From: Clostridia bacterium | Lineage (GTDB): Bacteria > Bacillota > Clostridia > Monoglobales > Firm-18 | Direction of reading: 5' to 3' | DNA length: 39,849 bases | Assembly: GCA_017646825.1 (NCBI GenBank) | Contig: JAGCLT010000083.1 | Coordinates: 1-39,849 of the forward strand | In this document: positions 1 through 6,879 of the stretch, one piece after another | How the letters are laid out: every line of letters begins with the position of its first letter | How positions within the stretch are numbered: position 1 is the first letter of the stretch | Program-made: the position numbers and the translations under genes | The notes under the pieces: model-generated | The model's input: the letters and a program-made list of their open reading frames with translations, nothing else | What the model was told of the DNA's origin: nothing | Databases searched by the model: none

Positions 1-393
1 CATAATGGTAAAGTGTTGGCATATAGACTATTAAAAATTGATACAGACTTAGAAATAAAATATGTTGAGGATTATTATGGGTATGACAAAAATTATGCTT
101 TTGAAATGAGGTATAATTATGAATCATTGGAACGGCTTGATAAAAAAGAATTATACAATTATGAAAGAAAACAATATATTACTGAATTCAAAAAAGCGTT
201 TGATGATGTAGCAAAGGAAAATGGCATCAGCCCTGAAGAAATGGAAAAAATAACTGATGGTCATATTCCATGTGTTATACCGCGTTCCAAAGATGAAGAA
301 CCCGAATATCATAATTTTTATTATGGATGTAGTTATCGCGAACGGTATATAGTTTATGACCATGAAAGAACATTAAGGGAATTTTTAACATAA
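1..393 (+). CDS. hypothetical protein, 5' end off-window (part of the integrative element)
   Basis: The frame is open from base 1 (ORF track 13..393). The protein is Tyr/Glu/Lys-rich and no family is recognised. It lies directly upstream of the integrase. Confidence 0.45.
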   Translation, partial: HNGKVLAYRLLKIDTDLEIKYVEDYYGYDKNYAFEMRYNYESLERLDKKELYNYERKQYITEFKKAFDDVAKENGISPEEMEKITDGHIPCVIPRSKDEEPEYHNFYYGCSYRERYIVYDHERTLREFLT

Positions 394-428
394 GTAAAAC
401 AGAAGAAGTAAAATATTAGGGTGAAAAT

Positions 429-1457
429 ATGAAACAAAGAAAAGACGGTCGCTGGGTAAAAAAAATAACGCTTCCTGATGGAACTGTTAAGTTTTTCTAT
501 TCCAAAGCAGACACTGAGAAAAAAGCAATAAAAGATATAGAACAGCAATTGTTAACCTTTTCTCAAAAAAAAGAAAAAGGAATGTTACTTGAAAAAGTAG
601 TTGACGATTGGGAAAGAGAGCACTTTGCCGAGATAGGATATAACACTGCATGTAAATATAGTAATTGTATAAAAAAAATTAAAGAATACTTTAAAGGAGA
701 GTATATCAGTAATATCGAATGTGCAGATGTCAATTTATTTCTAAAAGACCTGGCAAAAAGAAATTATGCACGAGATACAGTATCTATAAATAAATCTGTT
801 CTGTCACAGATTTTTGATTATGCAATAAAAAATAGATTTGTGACGTTCAACCCGTGCTCTGTAATAGATATTCCAAAAGGATTAAAACAAGAAACACGAG
901 AGCCGGCAACACCCGAAGAAATACAAATAATACTGAAATCAGTTAATAAGTTTTTTGGATTATACGCTTGCATGGCGGTATTAACAGGAATGCGAAGAGA
1001 AGAACTATTGGCATTAACTGATAAAGATATTGATTTCGAAAAAAAACAAATTAGTGTGAATAAAGCGGTTATTTTTGTAAATAACCAACCACAAATTACT
1101 GTGCCAAAAACAAAAAGCAGCATAAGAAACATTTTTCTTCCAACTGTATTAGAGCCATACCTGAAACATAAAAAAGGTTATATTTTTGGCAACGGTGAAA
1201 AACCTATGAGCCAAACAGCATTTAGAAGGGCATACGATAGATATAGAAAGGAAACAGCACTGAAAGTCACATCACATCAACTAAGGCACGCATACGCTAC
1301 AATACTGTATGATGCCGAGGTAGATGTAAAAACCGCACAGAAACAATTAGGGCATTCAAAGACATCTACAACACAAGATATATATACGCATATATGGCAA
1401 GATAGACAACAAAAACAAATGAACAAAATGAATGAATATATAGAACAAATGTTGTAA
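429..1457 (+). CDS. tyrosine recombinase / phage-type integrase
   Basis: 342 aa. The C-terminal catalytic region contains TGMRREELLAL, HQLRHAYAT and LGHSKTSTTQDIYTH (R...HxxR...Y signature). SD AGGGTGA sits 4-5 nt upstream of the ATG. Confidence 0.9.
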   Translation: MKQRKDGRWVKKITLPDGTVKFFYSKADTEKKAIKDIEQQLLTFSQKKEKGMLLEKVVDDWEREHFAEIGYNTACKYSNCIKKIKEYFKGEYISNIECADVNLFLKDLAKRNYARDTVSINKSVLSQIFDYAIKNRFVTFNPCSVIDIPKGLKQETREPATPEEIQIILKSVNKFFGLYACMAVLTGMRREELLALTDKDIDFEKKQISVNKAVIFVNNQPQITVPKTKSSIRNIFLPTVLEPYLKHKKGYIFGNGEKPMSQTAFRRAYDRYRKETALKVTSHQLRHAYATILYDAEVDVKTAQKQLGHSKTSTTQDIYTHIWQDRQQKQMNKMNEYIEQML

Positions 1458-1504
1458 AAAAGTTGTCAAAAACCTCGCAACTACTGGTACTATTGGCTTT
1501 TAAG

Positions 1505-1553
1505 TTCCTTGGTAAGGAAGAGGTCGGCAGTTCGAATCTGCTAGACAGCTCCA
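1505..1553 (+). tRNA. 3' half of a tRNA-Thr(GGU)-like gene (fragment, probable attR core)
   Basis: Anticodon stem TTCC/GGAA around loop TTGGTAA (anticodon GGT). Variable loop AGGTC. T-arm GGCAG-TTCGAAT-CTGCT. Acceptor 3' strand AGACAGC, discriminator T and encoded CCA (1551-1553). No D-arm or 5' acceptor strand (expected GCTGTCT) lies upstream. Confidence 0.65.
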
Positions 1554-1559
1554 TAAATA

Positions 1560-1596
1560 AACGACAATTTTCGACAGAAAGTTGTCGTTTCTTTTT
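1560..1596 (+). terminator. Rho-independent terminator after the tRNA fragment
   Basis: AACGACAA (1560-1567) pairs with TTGTCGTT (1582-1589). Inner TTTC/GAAA pairing is also possible. The stem is followed by TCTTTTT. Confidence 0.75.
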
Positions 1597-1758
1597 GTAC
1601 TCTTATCTTTTCATTTTTCACTCTTCACTCTTCGCTAAAAAAATTGTCGTTTCCAGATAAGAGATAAAAGAGAATAGAGAAGAGACAAGGTAGTTTTGCT
1701 ACGCAAAACATTGAATTGCTGGAAGAGTTATGATATACTGTATACGAGGTGAAAATAT

Positions 1759-2109
1759 ATGGGGAGTCCACTGTTAAATAAATCATTAGAATTTGCAACA
1801 CAAATTGTTTTGTTTTACGAGGAATATGCTAAATCTAAAAGAGATACTACTATTGCAAAATAACTACTTCGAAGTGCAACAAGCGTCGGTGCAAATATCA
1901 ATGAAGCTATTTATGGTAATAGTAAACCTGACTTTATCGCAAAATTACATATTTCTCTAAAAGAGGTAAGTGAAAGCATATATTGGCTTACGCTTTTGAG
2001 AAATACTAAACTGTTTGAATATGATTATGATGTTTATATTAAACTTGCAGAAGAAATTAAGAAAATGCTTATTTCTTCAATAAATACTGCAAAGAAAAAT
2101 CAAAACTAA
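1759..2109 (+). pseudogene. four-helix-bundle protein (23S rRNA IVS protein / Avd-like family) with an in-frame TAA
   Basis: Translation reads MGSPLLNKSLEFATQIVLFYEEYAKSKRDTTIAK*LLRSATSVGANINEAIYGNSKPDFIAKLHISLKEVSESIYWLTLL... The stop at 1861-1863 replaces the Gln of the family motif QLLRSxxSxGANIxE. Confidence 0.8.
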
Positions 2110-2143
2110 AATATCTCTATGGTTCTGCTTTCCCATAAAAAAT

Positions 2144-2168
2144 GAACACCGTCAGGTGTTCTTTTTTT
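2144..2168 (+). terminator. Rho-independent terminator
   Basis: GAACACC-GTCA-GGTGTTC followed by T7. Confidence 0.8.
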
Positions 2169-2260
2169 ATACCATATATTACATTTGATTATATAAAATT
2201 GTATATGTTATAATATATTTGTCTGCTGATTAAAATATATTATTTAAAGGTGGTATAACA

Positions 2261-2863
2261 ATGAAAAAGATAATTATATTTTTAATATTGATTGTTCAGT
2301 TATTTACAGTAGTAAATGCTAATGAAGTTACAAAGCATACAGTTGTGTCAGGTGACAGTATGTGGAAGATTGCAGTAAAATACGAGGTTGGATTATCAGA
2401 AATTAAAAGTGCTAATACTCATATTGCCAATCCGGATCTTATTTATCCCGGACAGGTATTAAATATTCCTGGAACTGACAGTGTTGTTTTAAACTTTGAA
2501 AATGAAGTTATAAGACTTACCAATGAGGTAAGAGTAAATAACGGGCTAAAACCCCTTACAGCAAACTGGGAATTAAGCCGAGTTGCCAGATACAAGTCAA
2601 CTGATATGCAACAAAACAACTACTTTTCACACACTAGTCCTGTTTACGGCACTCCCTTTAATATGATTAAGAATTTCGGTATATCATATAAAGGTGCAGC
2701 TGAAAACATTGCCAAAGGACAAAAAACTCCTAAAGATGTAGTAAATGCGTGGATGACTTCATCAGGACACAGAGCAAACATTTTAAATCCATCTTATACA
2801 CAAATTGGTGTAGGCTATGCTAAAACAGGCAACTACTGGACACAGATGTTTATAAGACAATAA
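2261..2863 (+). CDS. secreted LysM plus CAP/SCP (YkwD-like) domain protein
   Basis: Signal peptide MKKIIIFLILIVQLFTVVNA. LysM segment HTVVSGDSMWKIAVKYEV...IYPGQVLNIP. C-terminal CAP-type region with NYFSHTSP and SSGHRANILNPSYTQIGVGY. SD AAAGGTGG upstream. Confidence 0.85.
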   Translation: MKKIIIFLILIVQLFTVVNANEVTKHTVVSGDSMWKIAVKYEVGLSEIKSANTHIANPDLIYPGQVLNIPGTDSVVLNFENEVIRLTNEVRVNNGLKPLTANWELSRVARYKSTDMQQNNYFSHTSPVYGTPFNMIKNFGISYKGAAENIAKGQKTPKDVVNAWMTSSGHRANILNPSYTQIGVGYAKTGNYWTQMFIRQ

Positions 2864-2884
2864 CATTTACGATGCAACAAATAA

Positions 2885-3210
2885 TCATATGTTTGGCGTA
2901 TAAATTGTAAACACTATAAAAGCAATTGCAAATGAAATTACCATTAAATTAAGCAGTTTATCATACGGCTGCATTTTACAGTTCGTTGCGTATTTATTTG
3001 CTACAATAAATGCTGTAATTACGCAAAGATAGAATATGGTAATATCAACTATAGCAATATTATAGCCGAGTATTCCTGTATATGTGTAGAAAATAACAGG
3101 CACTAGTAATGTGCCCATAATAGTCCCAAACGCCATTGCTGAATTTAAGCAAGGGCGTTTTTTACGCCAAAAAAAGAGTACAAAAGCATGGGAAAGAAAA
3201 ATATTTTCAT
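2885..3210 (-). pseudogene. remnant of a small polytopic membrane protein (frameshifted and N-terminally truncated)
   Basis: The 83-aa hydrophobic ORF at 2885..3136 has no SD. Just upstream, in another frame, is a 21-codon hydrophobic ORF (MKIFFFPMLLYSFFGVKNALA*). Together they look like pieces of one membrane protein. The family assignment (DUF6512-like) is from memory only. Confidence 0.4.
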
Positions 3211-3266
3211 AACATCACCTATATCAGTTTATTCGTCAATATGTAAAATAATTCGACTTTTTAATT

Positions 3267-4523
3267 ATGGACAATCAAACTTCCTTATGTTATACTGTAA
3301 ATATAGGGGTGATTACCATTAAAACACTAATTGAATTGTTTGATGAAAGCCAGATCGAAAACATAGTTGGACTTTTAAGTTTTGCGCCTGAAAAAGTAAT
3401 TTATGTAGGTTTTGAAGATGTTATGACTAATGACAGAATCTCTGACCTTGAAAAGTTTTTAAAAGTAAAAGGCATTAATATTTCTTTGGAGTACAATATT
3501 GTTGAACGTGATAATTATAATAACATTTTAAATACTTTAAACAATATTGTTGACAAAAATCATGGCTGTGCTCTTGACCTAACAGGGGGAAAAGAACTTG
3601 TTTTAACGGCAATGGGAGAAGTGGCAGCAAAAAGAGATATCCCTGTTTTCCAGTTTAACATAAGTGATGGAACATTATTAAGAGTTAAAAACTGCGAAAA
3701 TATAGGTGAACCGAAAAAGGTATCTATGAGCATAAATGAAAATATTATACTAAATGGCGGAGCAATTTCATACGGTGACGAAGGTGACTGCGAATGGGTA
3801 TTAACAGATGACTTTAAATCTGATATAGAAACCATGTGGGAAATAAGTAGAAAGAACTGTGCAAAGTGGAACAAACAATGCTCCACATTTGAAGATTTGG
3901 AAAAGTTTGGGGAAATTTCTGATGGTACTTACGTAAAAGCGAATTTGAATTGCATCAAGAAGCCATATTTTAATTATGTAATTATTGACAAACTAATTAA
4001 AAACGGACTTATATACAATTATAAAAACAACGGTCACGAGGTAAGTTTTTGTTGCAAAAACAAGCAGGTAAAAAGATGCTTGTTTAAAGCGGGAAACATA
4101 CTGGAATTATATGCATATATGTATTTAAAAGAAATAGAGGCAAAAGACCCAACCTTTTATGATGATATAGACGTGGGGGTATTTGTGGACTGGGACGGAG
4201 TTTTCCAAAGCCCTGACAGCGAGAAAAAAGACACCAAAAATGAAATCGACATATTTTTAATGCGGGATATAGTGCCTGTTTTTGTGTCTTGCAAAAACGG
4301 CGGCGTAAAAAAAGAAGCATTGTATGAGCTTAATACAGTGGCGGATAAATTTGGCGGTGAGTACGCAAAAAAATACCTGCTTTGCACATACATAAATAAC
4401 AATGCGGAAAGCAGAGAATTTATCCTGCAACGTGCGGCAGATATGAATATAGAAATTATCTGTGACGTTCACAAACTTTACAAAGAGACATTTTCGGATA
4501 TGTTAAAAACAAGAGTTATATAA
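3267..4523 (+). CDS. CARF-domain plus PD-(D/E)xK-fold protein (Card1/Can2-like, DUF1887-type architecture)
   Basis: N-terminus: IKTLIELFDESQIEN and ALDLTGGKELVLTAMG (a CARF-type DxTGGxK loop, nt ~3576-3600). Middle: a wHTH-like segment and the GNILELYAY helix. C-terminus: NEIDIFLMRDIVPVFVSCKNG (D at 4248-4250, S-C-K at 4287-4295). The start is uncertain. ATG 3267 has no SD and sits inside the predicted -35, and an SD-like GGGGTGA at 3306-3312 suggests a downstream non-ATG start (GTG 3309 or ATT 3318). Confidence 0.7.
   Translation: MDNQTSLCYTVNIGVITIKTLIELFDESQIENIVGLLSFAPEKVIYVGFEDVMTNDRISDLEKFLKVKGINISLEYNIVERDNYNNILNTLNNIVDKNHGCALDLTGGKELVLTAMGEVAAKRDIPVFQFNISDGTLLRVKNCENIGEPKKVSMSINENIILNGGAISYGDEGDCEWVLTDDFKSDIETMWEISRKNCAKWNKQCSTFEDLEKFGEISDGTYVKANLNCIKKPYFNYVIIDKLIKNGLIYNYKNNGHEVSFCCKNKQVKRCLFKAGNILELYAYMYLKEIEAKDPTFYDDIDVGVFVDWDGVFQSPDSEKKDTKNEIDIFLMRDIVPVFVSCKNGGVKKEALYELNTVADKFGGEYAKKYLLCTYINNNAESREFILQRAADMNIEIICDVHKLYKETFSDMLKTRVI
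3268..3296 (+). promoter_or_regulatory. sigma-A-type promoter for the CARF/RyR operon
   Basis: -35 TGGACA (3268-3273), 17-nt spacer, extended -10 TGtTATACT (3288-3296). Confidence 0.4.
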
Positions 4524-4535
4524 AGGGTGGTTAAT

Positions 4536-6575
4536 ATGGATTTTTTCACAAAAACAAATATATGCTTAATACTGTCTTTGCTTTTTTCGGTGGCATTTTT
4601 AGTTGTTGTTGTCTTTCCCGGACTTACAAAAAGATTTTCAAAATTAGGCAAATTTGGTCTTTTGATATTTGATTTAGCCGCTGCAATATGGCTTGTTCTT
4701 CTTATAATTTATCCTTCCGTTATTGACTTTACTGCAGTTATTGGCTGTTTAGTGGAAACAATAAAGATGTTTAAAATTGACACCGATTACTACAGTTTTA
4801 TAGCCGCAGGTGAAATTATAGGCAGGACGTTATTTGTAAAGTCATATCTTTCATTTTTATATCTTGCAGCACCGGTAACGAGCAGTATTGTTATATTTGA
4901 AATTTTAGCAGACATATTGCCCTCTTTCCAGTTGTTTATAAAATCAAAACTTATATGGAAAGAGGTCATTTATATAAGCCGCCTTGATAATGAAATGTTA
5001 TCTCTTGCCAAAAGTGCAATAAATTGCAAAAACATATTTACCAGACCGATTGTTGTTTTTGCGGATAAAGCACAGGCAAGCCAAGAACTTGTAGCATCTG
5101 CAAAAATGTGTGGTGCAATATGTATTAAAAACGACATTTTACACATATCCTTCAGAAGACTGTTCAAGAAAAAAATTATTATTGCCGACGGTGCAGACAA
5201 CTTACATATTTTCACATCAATTATAAACAAGAGAAAAGGATTATACAACACAGAACTTTATATATTCTGTGACGATTCTGTTGCCCTTGACTGTGAAACC
5301 ATAATGAATAAAGTCACAGGTAAAAAGTTGTTAAGAACACGTATAATTACTGTTAATCCAAAAAGAAACTTAATAAGAAACCTGCTTTCCGACGTGCCTT
5401 TATACGATCCTCTGGTATCGGTAAAGGACAAGAAAGAACTAAACATTACAGTTTTCGGTGCAGGAAACATAGGTACAGAAATGTTTCTTTCTTCTTACTG
5501 GTACGGACAGATTTTTGGTTATGATTTATGTCTTAACGTAGTGTCAAGAGAGGAAGAAAGGGAGTTTATAGAAAGAATTGCACATATTAACAGCGAACTC
5601 TGGGACACATGCGTAAGAATAAAACCATTAACAGATGCACCGCAAGGTACATTTGAACAAGACGGAAAAACTTCTCGCTTTAAAGATATAATGAAAATAT
5701 ATAAAGACAAAGAGGAAACGGCAAAGCCTTATTTCAAATTCAGGTATTTAAATACGGATTTCCAGTTGGGCGATTATCAGGGCAAGATTATAAATCCACA
5801 ATGGGAAGACGGATTTAAACTTACAGACACCGATTATTTTGTGGTATCTGCAGGGGGAGATGCTTTTAACTTTAAAATTGCCTCAGACATTAAAAAGGCA
5901 CTTGTGGTAAGCGGAAAACAACAAAACACAGTTATATCATATTTAATTACCGACCCTGATTTGTGCCGTACTTTTAACAAAGATGCCCTTGATAAAAACA
6001 TATATATGAATGCTTTTGGCTCTACAGAGGACACCTTTAATGTGAAAAATATATTTATGAGTGCAACTGTAAAAGACAGTAAAATAATAAAAGACGAGTA
6101 TGAAAAAATAGCGAAGAACATTACGGAAAGCAATTTCGGAAACAAGTTATATGATTACTGGGCAGATATTGCCCGTGCCCTTCACATAAAGTACAAGGTC
6201 TTTTCTGCAGGGTTTATAGATTATTCTGTATTTAACAAAAAAGAGAGCAATAATAAAAATGACATTGAAAGTTATAAAGCGGGATGCGACAAAAACGCTA
6301 TGGCGTGGCTTGAGCACAGACGCTGGTGTGCATTTATGAGAGTATGCGGTTTTAAGGCGCCTTATGACGTAGATAAGTTTTACGAAACACACGGCAGTCA
6401 CAAAAATCTTGATCTTAAATTACACTGCTGTCTAACAGAAACAAACGGCGTGTTTACAGAATTTAATACAGACGGATATGCAAGTGACCGCCTTGACTAT
6501 GTGGGAACTCTTGCAAGCAGAAACTTTAAAGGGTATGATTTGCCTGAAAAGGATTTTCCGGGGGAGGGAAAGTAA
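4536..6575 (+). CDS. multi-pass membrane protein with cytoplasmic Rossmann-like (GxGxxG) domains and a C-terminal RyR-like region; function unknown
   Basis: SD AAGGGTGG lies 5 nt before ATG 4536 (the track start GTG 4527 lies inside the SD). About 4 hydrophobic helices in the first ~135 aa. NITVFGAGNIGTEMF at nt 5457-5474 is followed by an acidic REEE. An earlier degenerate Rossmann-like unit reads VIYISRLDNEMLSLAKS...PIVVFADK. The C-terminus reads AMAWLEHRRWCAFMRVCGFK...HKNLDLKLHCCL (nt ~6147-6446). Confidence 0.75.
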   Translation: MDFFTKTNICLILSLLFSVAFLVVVVFPGLTKRFSKLGKFGLLIFDLAAAIWLVLLIIYPSVIDFTAVIGCLVETIKMFKIDTDYYSFIAAGEIIGRTLFVKSYLSFLYLAAPVTSSIVIFEILADILPSFQLFIKSKLIWKEVIYISRLDNEMLSLAKSAINCKNIFTRPIVVFADKAQASQELVASAKMCGAICIKNDILHISFRRLFKKKIIIADGADNLHIFTSIINKRKGLYNTELYIFCDDSVALDCETIMNKVTGKKLLRTRIITVNPKRNLIRNLLSDVPLYDPLVSVKDKKELNITVFGAGNIGTEMFLSSYWYGQIFGYDLCLNVVSREEEREFIERIAHINSELWDTCVRIKPLTDAPQGTFEQDGKTSRFKDIMKIYKDKEETAKPYFKFRYLNTDFQLGDYQGKIINPQWEDGFKLTDTDYFVVSAGGDAFNFKIASDIKKALVVSGKQQNTVISYLITDPDLCRTFNKDALDKNIYMNAFGSTEDTFNVKNIFMSATVKDSKIIKDEYEKIAKNITESNFGNKLYDYWADIARALHIKYKVFSAGFIDYSVFNKKESNNKNDIESYKAGCDKNAMAWLEHRRWCAFMRVCGFKAPYDVDKFYETHGSHKNLDLKLHCCLTETNGVFTEFNTDGYASDRLDYVGTLASRNFKGYDLPEKDFPGEGK

Positions 6576-6853
6576 TGTATAAGCCACAACCTATTGATAC
6601 AAAAGATGTTGTTTTAAGTGACGATATAATGGAACTTGCAGAAGTTCTTTCCAAAAACACTCACGAAGTATGGGCAACAGGAAGAATTGCAGATGGCTGG
6701 AAGTACGGGGAAAAGCGTAACGACCAGTTAAAGGAAACACCTTGCCTTATACCTTATGAACAGTTGCCCGAGTCAGAAAAGAAGTACGACAGAGAAACTG
6801 CACTGAATACCTTAAAATTAATTGTAAAATTGGGTTATACTATAAAAAAATAA
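6575..6853 (+). CDS. stand-alone RyR-domain (ryanodine-receptor repeat type) protein
   Basis: 92 aa. LAEVLSKNTHEVWATGRIADGWKYGEKRNDQLKETPCLIPYEQLPESEKKYDRETALNTLK matches the RyR repeat pattern (HE.W...GW.YG......K..P.L.PY..LPE.EK..DR). The start overlaps the upstream stop (TAATG). Strong SD GGGGAGGG. Confidence 0.8.
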   Translation: MYKPQPIDTKDVVLSDDIMELAEVLSKNTHEVWATGRIADGWKYGEKRNDQLKETPCLIPYEQLPESEKKYDRETALNTLKLIVKLGYTIKK

Positions 6854-6879
6854 ACGGAAGAAATTCCGTTTATTTTTTT
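6852..6879. terminator. bidirectional hairpin terminator shared by the CARF/RyR operon and convergent recG
   Basis: AAACGGAA-GAAA-TTCCGTTT followed by ATTTTTTT, with an A-run on the other side. Confidence 0.8.

Larger units (their letters stand above)
1..1553 (+). mobile_element. right end of an integrative element (prophage or genomic island) ending at a tRNA-derived att site
   Basis: The integrase is the last gene. It is followed within 50 nt by a tRNA 3' half that has no 5' half, and then by a native-looking terminator. The left boundary is outside the window. Confidence 0.55.

Noticed and set aside
1463-1553. A complete class II tRNA (Leu/Ser), tRNA-Sec or tmRNA 3' end at the integrase junction
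   Set aside because: The 5' portion cannot form a D-arm or acceptor stem. The apparent long variable arm is really the anticodon arm of a class I tRNA (loop TTGGTAA, variable loop AGGTC). The acceptor end AGACAGC-T-CCA lacks the G3:U70 / ...CCACCA features of tmRNA.
1608-1690. Pyrimidine-rich and purine-rich tracts (CTCTTATCT...ACTCTTCACTCTTC / AGATAAGAGATAAAAGAGAATAGAGAAGAGA), and a 17-mer resembling 24763-24779 (TTTTSATTTTTCACTYT)
   Set aside because: Only a 9-bp stem (1600-1608 / 1655-1663) is truly complementary. The rest is low-complexity R/Y sequence in an AT-rich genome, and a two-copy match with mismatches could be chance. Not enough to call a repeat family.
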